The translations under genes were made by a program, and so were the position numbers. DNA of 64,000 nt from an uncultured Actinomycetes bacterium (GTDB lineage Bacteria; Actinomycetota; Thermoleophilia; Gaiellales; Gaiellaceae). Each line of letters starts with the position of its first letter. Position 1 is the stretch's first letter. The stretch covers positions 174,334-238,333 of the forward strand of contig CAVXOR010000003.1 of NCBI GenBank assembly GCA_963763475.1. Direction: 5' to 3'. Shown in pieces: positions 35,628-44,895 of the stretch. Under the pieces are notes generated by a model. The model was not told where the DNA came from. It saw only the letters and a program-made list of their open reading frames with translations, and did no database searches.

Positions 35628-36588
35628 ATGAAGGTCGGGCGCCACGAGGTTCAGGTCACGAACCCGGACAAGGTCTTCTTCCCGGAGCCGGGCCTGACGA
35701 AGGGCGAGCTCGTCCGGTACTACCTCGACGTCGCGCCGTGCGCGCTCCATCACCTCCGGCGCCGGCCCTTCCATATGAAGCGCTTCCCGAACGGCGTCGA
35801 GGGCGACTTCTTCCACCAGAAGCGCGTGCCGGCGCATCCGGACTTCGTCGACGAGCAGTTCGTCCGCTTTCCATCCGGGCACACCACGGTCTTCGCGGTC
35901 GTGGACAACGCGGCCGCGCTCACGTGGGTCGTGAACCTCGGCTGCATCGAGCTCCACACCTGGCATTCGCGCGTGGAGGAGATCGAGCGGCCGGACTACC
36001 TGCTGATCGACCTCGACCCGAGCGAGGGCAACCCGTGGGAGTTCGTGCGCGAGATCGCCCTCGTCGTGAAGGAGGTGATGGACGAGCTCGGTCTCGCGTC
36101 GTACCCGAAGACCTCGGGCGCCACCGGCCTGCACATCCTCTCGCCGATCCGGCCGGAGCTGCCGTTCCCGGAGGTGCGGAGGTTCGCGAAGGCGCTGGCG
36201 GAGGAGGTCGAGCGGCGCGTCGGCGACCAGGACGTGGCGACGACGACCTGGAAGGTGGCCGACCGGCGCGGGGTCTTCGTCGACTTCGGCCAGAACGCCC
36301 GCGACCGCACGATCGCCGCGGCCTACTCCGTGAGGCCGACGCCGGACGCGCGAGTCTCGGCACCGCTGGAATGGAAGGAGGTCGCGCGCTCGGATCCGGC
36401 ACGCTTCACGGTCGAGACGATGCGCAAGCGGATCGCCAAGGTCGGCGACCCGACCGCCGGCATGTGGCGGCGCAAGGTCAGCCTGCTGCCCCGCTTCGAG
36501 CAGCTCGAGCCTCGATCCGGGAAGCCCCGAGCTGGTCGAGCGCCGCAGCAGCCGCTCGCGCCGCTGGGAGAGCTCAGCTCGCGAGTAG
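35628..36588 (+). CDS. NHEJ polymerase/primase (LigD polymerase-domain protein); 3' end inferred (see findings)
   Basis: ATG at 35628. VTNPDKVFFPE..., KRFPNG, IDLDP, KTSGATGLHI and FVDFGQN are LigD-Pol/PrimPol motifs. As sequenced the frame stays open to 37262. The TAG at 36586-36588 comes into frame if one base in 36577-36585 is removed. Confidence 0.8.
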
Positions 36589-37597
36589 CTTCTCGACGGT
36601 CGGGTCGTTCCGCTTCCGCTGCGGGAGCGACCTGGTCCCAGGTGCACGCGCTCGCGTCCTTGTCTGGCCGGAAGCGGATGAACTTCGTGCCGTGCCGGAA
36701 GCGGTTGCCCTCGAGCTTGTCGAACCGCACCTCGCAGACGAGCTCCGGCTTCACCGGGTTCCAGTCCAGCTCCTTCCCGCGAGACCACCGGCTCTGGCCG
36801 CCGGGGATCCGCTTGTCGCTGAGCTTGCCCGGCGCGACCGTCTTCGGCAGCTCCGCCTCGAGCTCGCGCCGCACGGGCGCCGGGAATCCCGAGCAGTGCC
36901 CGACGAAGTCGAGCGAGCCGTCGTCCGCGTACAGGCCGAGCAGCAGCGTCGAGATCCGCCCGTCCGCCTTGTCGCTCCAGCGGAAGCCGACGATCACGCA
37001 GTCGGCCGTCCGGTACGGCTTCACCTTGACCACGCCGTCGCGCGAGCCCGGGAGGTACGGCAGCTTCAGCCGCTTCGCGATCACACCGTCGAGGCCCGCG
37101 TGCTCGAGCCGCTCGAGCCACTTCGCCGCCTGCTTCGGGTCGCGCGTCGCGGGCGAGAGCCGGAACTTCGCCGCCTTCCGCTCGAGCTCGCGCCGCCGCT
37201 TCTCCAGCGGCAGTTCGTGCAGCGGTTTGCCCTTCCAGACGAGCACGTCGAAGGCGACGTAGTCCGCCGGGATCTCGGCCGAGAGCCGCTTGATCCGGCT
37301 TTCCGCCGGATGGAGACGCAGCTGCAGCTGGTCGAACTCGAGCCGCCCCTTGCGCGAGATGATGATCTCGCCGTCGAGCGCCGACTCCGCCGGCAGCAGC
37401 GCCCCGACCTCCTCCAGCTCCGGGAAGTAGCGCAGCAAGGGCCGCCCGTTGCGCGACCACAGCCGCAGCCCTCCGCCCAGGTTTTCGAGCACGCCGCGGA
37501 AGCCGTCCCACTTGGGCTCGTACTGCCAGTCGCCGGCCGGGAGCTCGTCGACGAGCTCGGCCTCCATCGGCGGGAAGGGAAGGTTTCGCGGCGGCAT
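36574..37597 (-). CDS. ATP-dependent DNA ligase (LigC/LigD ligase-domain type); 3' end inferred
   Basis: Adenylation motif EPKWDGFR, plus nucleotidyltransferase and OB-fold motifs (DGEII, VAFDVL, GVIAKR, VKVKP). As sequenced the frame stays open to 36323. The TGA at 36576-36574 comes into frame with the same single-base removal. Confidence 0.8.
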
Positions 37598-37617
37598 CGA
37601 GAGACAACGCTATCGCC

Positions 37618-37890
37618 ATGACCGAGCTCGACGGCAGGTGGAACGTGAAGCGTCTGGGCGGCGCGCTGCCGCCGCTCGTCGGCGTCCGCAAGCGCATTCA
37701 CGGCGGCCGCGGCGAGACCGCGATCGGGTCGCTTCCGGGCGTGCCGTTCGACGTCGTTGGCCTCGAGCTCCGCTACCACGCTCCCTTCCGGAGCTTCGTC
37801 GACGTGCTGGAGCCGCGGGCCGGCGGCTACCTGGGCCGGGCGACGTTCCGCGGGCGGGAGTTCGGCCGGTTCACTCTGGAACGCCTCTAA
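37618..37890 (+). CDS. Hypothetical protein
   Basis: 90-aa ORF between the ligase gene and fabF. No motif recognised. Confidence 0.5.
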   Translation: MTELDGRWNVKRLGGALPPLVGVRKRIHGGRGETAIGSLPGVPFDVVGLELRYHAPFRSFVDVLEPRAGGYLGRATFRGREFGRFTLERL

Positions 37891-37900
37891 GCTCTCCCGC

Positions 37901-39139
37901 GTGGAGAGGCGAGTCGTGGTCACTGGGCTGGGAGCCGTCACGCCGGTCGGGAACACCGCGCCGGACACCTGGCGCGCGGCCGTAGCCGGCGAGAGCGGGA
38001 TCGACTTCATCCGCGCGTTCGACGCCGACGGGCTGCCCGTACGTGTCGCCGCCGAGGTCAAGGACTTCGACCCGGCGGGCCTCGCGCACCCGAAGGAGCT
38101 GCGCCGGCTCGACCGCAACGTCGTGCTCGCGCTCGGCGCCGCCAAGGAGGCGCTCGCCGACTCGGGCCTGAACGGCTTCGACCCGCACCGGGTCGGGATC
38201 GTCTTCGGCTCGGCGATCGGCGGGCTGATCGGGATCGTCGAGCAGGCCGACACGCTCCGCGATCGCGGGCCCGACCGCATCTCGCCCTACTTCATCCCGA
38301 ACGTGCTGGTCGACTCGGCGAGCGGCCAGCTCGCGATCTCGCTCGGCATCCGCGGTCCGAACTACGCGCCGGTCTCGGCCTGCGCGACAGGCTCGCACGC
38401 GGTGGGGGAGGGCGCGGAGACGATCCGCCGCGGCGATGCCGACGCGATCCTCGCCGGCGGCACCGAGGCCTGCATCCACCCGCTGATCCTGGCCGGCTTC
38501 ACGGCGATGCGCGGCCTCGCCGCGGAGAACGAGCACCCACCGCGCGCCTCGAGGCCGTTCGACGCGACCCGCGCCGGCTTCGTGATGGGCGAAGGCGCTT
38601 GCGTGCTCGTGCTCGAGGAGCTCGAGTCCGCCCGCGCGCGCGGCGCGACGATCTACGCGGAGGTGCTCGGCTACGGAGCCTCCAACGACGGGTACCACAT
38701 GGCCGCGCCGGAGCCCGAGGCGATCGGGGTCGCCGAGATGATGCGAGCGGCGCTCGAGCGGGCCGGGGTAGATCTGCAGCGGGTCGGCTACATCAACGCG
38801 CACGGCACCTCGACGCCGCTCGGCGACGCCGCCGAGACGAAGGCGATCAAGGACGTCTTCGGCGACCATGCCTACGAGCTCGCCGTCTCCTCGACGAAGT
38901 CGGTGATGGGCCACTGCTTCGGGGCGGCGGGGGCGATCGAGGCGATGATGTGCGTACTCGCAGTGCGCGACGGGGTGCTGCCGCCGACGATCAACTACGA
39001 GCACCCGGATCCCGCCTGCGACCTCGATTACGTCCCCAACGAGTCGCGGCAGGCGGAGGTCGACGTGGCCCTCTCGAACGCGATGGGCCTCGGCGGACAC
39101 AACGCCTGCGTGCTGGTCGCGCGCTACGGCGACCCTTGA
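37901..39139 (+). CDS. fabF: Beta-ketoacyl-ACP synthase II
   Basis: GTG at 37901 (VERRVVVTGLGAVTPVG). Active-site SACATG, HGTSTP, GHCFGAAG. Confidence 0.92.
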   Translation: MERRVVVTGLGAVTPVGNTAPDTWRAAVAGESGIDFIRAFDADGLPVRVAAEVKDFDPAGLAHPKELRRLDRNVVLALGAAKEALADSGLNGFDPHRVGIVFGSAIGGLIGIVEQADTLRDRGPDRISPYFIPNVLVDSASGQLAISLGIRGPNYAPVSACATGSHAVGEGAETIRRGDADAILAGGTEACIHPLILAGFTAMRGLAAENEHPPRASRPFDATRAGFVMGEGACVLVLEELESARARGATIYAEVLGYGASNDGYHMAAPEPEAIGVAEMMRAALERAGVDLQRVGYINAHGTSTPLGDAAETKAIKDVFGDHAYELAVSSTKSVMGHCFGAAGAIEAMMCVLAVRDGVLPPTINYEHPDPACDLDYVPNESRQAEVDVALSNAMGLGGHNACVLVARYGDP

Positions 39140-39223
39140 TATCCGAGCCGATCCCGAGTATCTAACCGGTCGTAGGCGGCCGGCCCCGGCCGTCCTCGTC
39201 GTCAGTGAAAGGGGTTTGGGGGA

Positions 39224-41293
39224 ATGAGGGTCTTCAGGAATCGCGTCGGCCTGCGGCTCGGCCGACCCGGAGTCGTCGTGGCGGTGTTCGCCCTGGCGGC
39301 GCTGTCGGTCGGAGCCGGCGTCGTGCTCGCCGGTGGCTCCGGCCGCAACATCACCGTCCAGGTCAACGGCCCGCTGCCTCGGGCGCCGCACGCGCTCTCG
39401 GGCAAGTCCGTGATCGTCGGACACTCGTACAAGAACGATGTCTCGCAGCCGCTGCACAGCGTCCCCGCGACGCCGCCGACCTCGGCGAGCGAGATGGAGG
39501 CGAGCCCGAACCCGCGGCCGGTCTCCAACCACGTCGACCGCGTCGACGCGGCCCGGCAGGCGACGCAGTTCGCGCCGAGCATGCCCGCGACGTCGCTCAA
39601 CTTCGACGGCATCCCGTTCCCGGGCGTGGCGTGCAACTGTGCGCCGCCGGACACGAACGGCGAGGTCGGCGCGACGCAGTACGTGCAGATCGGTCAACGA
39701 GGGCTTCCAGGTCTTCAACAAGGCGACCGGCGCGTCGCTGCTCGGACCGATCGTCGATCGTCAGCGCTCTGGAACGGCTTCGGCGGCGTCTGCCAGAGCG
39801 ACGGCGACGGCGACCCGGTCGTGCTCTACGACCAGCTCGCGAACCGCTGGGTGATCACGCAGTTCGCCGGCTCGGGCGTGCCCGACCGACGAGTGCATCG
39901 CCGTCTCGCAGACGAGCGACGCCACGGGCGCCTGGTTCCGGTACGGCTTCCACCTGGGCTCGAACTTCTTCGACTACCCGCACCTCGGCGTGTGGCCGGA
40001 CGCCTACTACATGACGATGAACGTCTTCAACTCGGCGGGCACGGCGTTCCTCGGCCCGCAGCCGTTCGCGTTCGACCGCGCGACGATGCTCGCCGGCCAG
40101 CCGGCGACGTTCGTCACCACCACGCAACTCGGCGGTCTTCTCGCCGGCCAACGACGCGATGCTGCCGGGCGACCTCGACGGCTCGATCGCAGCCGCCGGC
40201 CGGCGCGCCTGCGCCGTTCCTGATGTCCGGGACCGCCTCGACCTGGAAGGTCTGGCGCTTCCACGTCGACTTCGCGACGCCGGCCAACTCGACGTTCACG
40301 CTCGGCGGCAACCTCACGCCCGCCGGCTACACGGTGCTGTGCCCGACGACCCGCGCCTGCGTGCCGCAGCCGGAACGGCGCAGCGGCTCGACGCGATCGG
40401 CGACCGCGGCATGTTCCGGCTCGCGTACCGGCGCTTCGCCGACGGCCACGAGGCGCTCGTCGGGAACCAGACGGTGTCCGTCGGGCGGCGTCGCCGGGAT
40501 CCGCTGGTACGAGATCGGCAACGCGACGTCGCGGCGCTCCGTCGTTCTCGCAGCAGAGCACCTACCAGCCCGACACGACCTGGCGCTGGATGGGGAGCGC
40601 CGCGATGGACCAGAGCGGCGATCTCGCGATCGGCTTCAGCGCCGTCGAGCTCGACCGATCGTGCCCGCAGATCCGCTACGCCGGCCGCCTGGCGACCGAC
40701 CCGCTCCGAACACGCTCGGCCAGGGCGAGGCGACGCTGTTCGCCGGCGCGGGCAGCCAGACCGGCACCAGCAACCGCTGGGGCGACTACAGCGACCTGAC
40801 TGTCGACCCGGTGGACGACTGCACGTTCTGGTACACGAACGAGTACTACCCGTCGGGCTCGACGCAGTTCAACTGGCGGACGCGCATCGGGAGCTTCACG
40901 TTCGCGGGCTGCGGCAGCGGGGCTCCGCCGCCTCCGCCTCCGCCACCTCCGCCACCCCCGCCGCCTCCGCCACCCCCGCCGCTGTCGAGCACGCTGACGG
41001 TGACGAAGGCGGGAGCCGGCACGGGCACCGTCACGAGCTCACCCGCAGGGATCAACTGCGGCAGCACGTGCACGGCGACCTACGCGAACGGCACGACGGT
41101 CACGCTGACCGCGTCGCCGACCTCGAGGTCGCGCTTCAGCGGCTGGAGCGGCGACTGCACGGGCCGCTCGACGTGTGTGCTGACGATGACCGCCAACCAC
41201 GCGGTCACCGCGACCTTCACGCGTAAGAACGGCGCCGCTCTGACGCTCCGCAGAGCGTCGATGATCGACCGCTCGGCCGCCCGCCGCGGCTGA
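39224..41293 (+). pseudogene. Large secreted protein (conserved N-terminal domain, poly-Pro linker, InlB-B-repeat-like domain) with at least eight frame breaks between about 39,680 and 40,740
   Basis: Signal peptide; paralogue of 41422..43741. Credible peptide segments alternate among all three frames: VNEGFQVFNKATGASLLGPI; ECIAVSQTSDATGAWFRYGFHLGSNFFDYPHLGVWPDAYYMTMNVF...; NDAMLPGDLDGS; LDAIGDRGMFRLAYRRFADGHEALVGNQ; MGSAAMDQSGDLAIGFSA. The C-terminus is intact: 19 x Pro then LTVTKAGAGTGTVTSSPAGINCGSTC... Confidence 0.75.
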
Positions 41294-41307
41294 TCACGTT
41301 CAAGGCA

Positions 41308-41337
41308 GGGGCCCGGCGCCGACGCGCGCCGGGCCCC
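41308..41337 (+). terminator. GC-rich hairpin between the two paralogues (terminator-like, no clear U-tract)
   Basis: GGGGCCCGGCGC-N6-GCGCCGGGCCCC. Confidence 0.5.
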
Positions 41338-41421
41338 TGACCGTTGAAATCGACGGTTATCCGCAGTACAACCCGAGAGGACGGGTCTGAGCTTGGCCGT
41401 GAAGCACGGCGGGAGGGATAC

Positions 41422-43741
41422 GTGAACGTAAAGCGCACGCGTGCCGTGGTCTTGGTGGCGCTCTTTTTGCTGGCGGTGCTTGCGGCGCTCGTCGCTGCGC
41501 GCGCAACCAATGGATCCGGATCCGGAGGGTCAGGCGAGGCGGCCGTGACCCCAGGGGCGGTCACTCCCGCAACGACCGTCCGGCCTTCGATCCTGAACGG
41601 CAGCGTTCGATCCCTGCCTCAGGTCCCGGTGAGCCCGCGGGGCATGATGCGCGAGCCGGAGGAGCCGCAGACGATGCGGGCGATCCCCTCCAGCCCGGCA
41701 CCGCGGCAGCCGATCATCGCCGACGCGCCGGCCCCGAGCCCGCTACAGAACTTCGCGGGCCTGAAGCGCAACGACGTCTGCAACGCCGTCGCGTGCGGCG
41801 CCGGCACCCCGCCGGACACCAATGGTGCAGTCGGGCCCAACAACTACATCCAGTCGGTCAACTCGTCCTTCGCGATCTACAGCAAGACCGGGACGCTGCA
41901 GGCCTCGTTCACGGAGAACGCACTCTTCGCGGCTAGCGGGACGAACCCGTGCAACGGGAACAGCTTCGGCGACCCGGTCGTGCTCTACGACGCGCTCGCC
42001 GATCGCTGGATCCTGACGAACTTCGCCTTCTCCCTTGTCGGCGGGAACACGGTCGGGCCGTACTACGAGTGCATCGCCGTCTCGAAGACGGGCGACCCGG
42101 TCAACGGCGGCTGGTACCTCTACCCGCTTCGCTGGGACAACGCCGGAGCCCTCAACGGCGCCGGCGTCCCGTTGAACACGCTCAACGACTACCCGAAGTT
42201 CGGGGTCTGGAACGACTGCGTCTACTTCTCGTTCAACGGGTTCCTGAACGGCGCCACCTACAACGGGGTCGGCTTCGGCGCGCTCAGCCGAGCTGACATG
42301 TACGCCGGCCTCGCACTGCACTGGGGGATGGGGTTCCTGAGCTCCGCCAACGACGCCTTCTCGATGATCCCGGCGAACCTGGAGGCGCCCGGCGCGGCCG
42401 GCGCGCCAGTAGCAGGCACGCCCGAGTACTTCGTGAACGAGTCGCAGGCGGTCTTCGGTTGGCTCGTCCGCAAGCTCACGATGACGAACAACTGCACGAC
42501 GGGAACACTGACCGCCCCGACGACCGTCAGCCAGACGGCGTACTCGGCCAGCAACGTCAACGTCCCGCAGCCCGGCACGACGAATACGCTCGACTCGCTC
42601 TACGACCGGCTGATGCAGAAGGTGCAGTACCGCAAGGTCGGCAGCGCGGAGTCGCTCTGGATCGTGCACACAGTCGCCGACGCGACCGGGTCCACGAACG
42701 CGGCCCCGCAGTGGGCCCAGCTCAACGTCACCGGGGGCACGATCGCGACGACGCCGGCGCAGCAGCAGATCTACCGGCCCGACTCGACCACCCACCGCTG
42801 GATGCCGAGCATCGCGGCCGACAAGGACGGCAACGTCGCCCTCGGTTACTCGGTCTCCAACGGGAGCAGCGTCTTCCCGGGCATGGCGTACTCGGGGCGG
42901 CTGGTGGGCGACCCTGCAAACCAGCTGCCGCAGACCGAGACGACGCTGATCGCCGGTGCCGGGTCGCAGACCGGCAGCTGCGGCGGGGCGTGTCACCGCT
43001 GGGGCGACTACAGCTCGATGAGCGTGGACCCTGACGGGTGCACGTTCTGGTATTCGAGCGAGTACATGGCGAGCGCGACCGACGGCGCCGCCAGCGGACC
43101 GATCTGGAGCACACGGATCGGCTCGTTCAGGTTCCCGAGCTGCTCTGCGTCGCCGCCGCCGCCACCTCCGCCGCCGCCGCCTCCTCCGCCACCCCCGCCT
43201 CCGCCCCCGCCTCCGCCTCCGCCTCCGCGCACCGCCACCGCCGCCTCCTCCGCCACCTCCGCCTCCACCACCACCTCCGCCTCTAGCTGCGCGGACGCTG
43301 ACGGTCACCAGGGCCGGGCTGGGGACGGGCACGGTCTCGAGCTCACCGGCAGGCATCAACTGCGGCAGCACGTGTGTGGCGACCTTCGCGAACGGCACCA
43401 CCGTGTCGCTCTCGCAGAGGCTGGGCGCGCGCTCACGCTTCGTCGGCTGGTCGGGCGACTGCTCGGGTCGCACGACGTGCGTGCTCTCGATGACGACGAG
43501 CCACTCGGTCAAGGCGACCTTCGCCAAGGCTTTCGCGCCACCGAGCTGCGTCGTCCCGAAGGTCGTCGGCAAGTCGCTCGCCAACGCGAAGGCGGCGGTC
43601 ACGAAGGCCCACTGCAGGGTCGGGACGATCACCCGGAGGCAGTCGAGCGCCAGGAAGAGGGGCAAAGTCCTGGGTCAGAGCCCGGCGGCCGGCAAGCGGC
43701 TAAAGAACGGAGCGAAGGTCAACCTGATCGTCGGCAAGTAG
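41422..43741 (+). CDS. Large secreted protein (conserved N-terminal domain, long poly-Pro linker, InlB-B-repeat-like domain, PASTA-like C-terminal domain); one frame break inside the poly-Pro tract
   Basis: GGAGGGA Shine-Dalgarno plus GTG at 41422; signal/TM AVVLVALFLLAVLAALVAA. Frame 1 is credible to about 43,227. The C-terminus (PPPP...LAARTLTVTRAGLGTGTVSSSPAGINCGSTCVATFANGT...CVVPKVVGKSLANAKAAV...NLIVGK*) is in frame 2 (track ORF 43376..43741). Confidence 0.8.
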
Positions 43742-44384
43742 CCTCGATCGCCCGCGGGGTCAGCTCCGCGAGCGAGTCGAGCACGGCGTCCGCCCGCGCG
43801 AGAGCCTCCTCGCCGGGCGGGAAGTGGGCGTTCGGGATCGCGAGCACGCGCATGCCCGCTGCCTGGGCGGCCAGGATGCCGTTGTGGGAGTCCTCGACGG
43901 CCGCGGCGCCGGTCGGGGCGACATCGAGCCGCCGCGCCGCCTCGAGGTATACGTCAGGCGCGGGCTTGCCGCGCTCGACTTCCTCGGACGAGAGGGTCGC
44001 GGCAAACAGGTGCTCGACCTCGAGCAGCTCGAGCGCCAGGTCGATCAGCTCGCGGTTCGAGGACGAGGCCAATCCGAGCGGCCAGCGCGCGGCGAGGCGT
44101 TCTACTGCCTCCCTCGCGCCGGGTAGCGCGGGGAGATGCTCGCGGTAGCTGGCCGAGAGGCGCTCGACGACCTCGCGGTTGATCTCCTCGGGCGGCTCGG
44201 GCAGGCCGATCGTCTCGTGCATGTAGTGGGACCACTCCGTCGAGCTCATGCCCATCATCTCCCGCTGTGCCCGGTCGTGCCAGCGGCCGCCGCGCTCCTT
44301 GGCGAGCTGTTCACGAGCCTCGTCCCACACCTGCTCCGAGTCGAGCAGGACGCCGTCGAGGTCGAAGACAACCGCCTCGATCAC
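43719..44384 (-). CDS. HAD-superfamily hydrolase (beta-phosphoglucomutase-like subfamily IA)
   Basis: FDLDGVLLDS motif I; further HAD motifs. Confidence 0.85.
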   Translation of the reverse strand: MIEAVVFDLDGVLLDSEQVWDEAREQLAKERGGRWHDRAQREMMGMSSTEWSHYMHETIGLPEPPEEINREVVERLSASYREHLPALPGAREAVERLAARWPLGLASSSNRELIDLALELLEVEHLFAATLSSEEVERGKPAPDVYLEAARRLDVAPTGAAAVEDSHNGILAAQAAGMRVLAIPNAHFPPGEEALARADAVLDSLAELTPRAIEATCRRSG

Positions 44385-44854
44385 AGCGCCGCGTAGGCCT
44401 GGTTGTGCAGCACGAGCGGGCGCTGTCCGGGCGGGCCGGGCTCGACCGACGTGACCCTCGCGACGAAGAAGGTGTGGTCGCCGGTCTCGTGCTCCTGCTC
44501 GACGCGCGCCCGAAGCCAGGCGAGCGCTCCGTCCAGCTGCGGCAGCCCTTCCGCTTCGCGGAGCGCGATCCCCTCCCAGAGCGCGATCGGCGGCACTCCG
44601 CGGGCGAAGTGCTGGGCCAGGTGCTCCTGGCCGGCCGCGAGGACGCTGATCGCCAGCTCCTGCGACTCGCGCAGCAGCTCGTGCAGCGCCGCGTCGCGGC
44701 GGATCGCGAAGCCGACGAGGGGCGGCTCGAGCGAGAGGGACACGAGCGAGGCGACGGTCAGCCCGACGCGCCGGCCCTCGACCTCGACCGTTACGACCGT
44801 CACCGCGGCCGGCACCCGGCGCATCACGGCACGAAGCTCGTCCCCGCTGACCAC
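44381..44854 (-). CDS. Flavin reductase-like (FMN-binding split-barrel) protein
   Basis: 157 aa; VTVVT...GLTV(A)S... is typical of flavin reductase domains; 4-bp overlap with the HAD gene. Confidence 0.8.
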   Translation of the reverse strand: MVSGDELRAVMRRVPAAVTVVTVEVEGRRVGLTVASLVSLSLEPPLVGFAIRRDAALHELLRESQELAISVLAAGQEHLAQHFARGVPPIALWEGIALREAEGLPQLDGALAWLRARVEQEHETGDHTFFVARVTSVEPGPPGQRPLVLHNQAYAAL

Positions 44855-44895
44855 GCGGCGATGATACGGAGCGGAGGGCTGCGTCTAGGCGGGCG

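Noticed and set aside
35628-37597. A Ku gene expected next to the NHEJ polymerase and ligase genes
   Set aside because: I looked for a Ku-like ORF on both sides and found none. Its absence from this window says nothing about the rest of the genome.
35067-37697. An 876-aa minus-strand ORF and other long ORFs over the NHEJ genes (35738..37621+, 37081..38280-)
   Set aside because: These are frames other than those carrying the LigD-Pol and ligase motifs, with Arg/Pro/Ala-rich nonsense composition.
37871-39721. A 616-aa minus-strand ORF
   Set aside because: It is antisense to fabF and the start of the secreted-protein paralogue, with no motifs.
41743-43665. A 640-aa minus-strand ORF, including a poly-Gly/poly-Arg run
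   Set aside because: It is antisense to the second paralogue. The poly-Gly/Arg run is just the complement of the poly-Pro codons.
43291-44148. Continuation of track ORF 41344..44148 beyond the poly-Pro tract
   Set aside because: The product there is out-of-frame nonsense that overlaps the HAD hydrolase gene on the other strand. The conserved C-terminal domains are in frame 2 and end at 43741.
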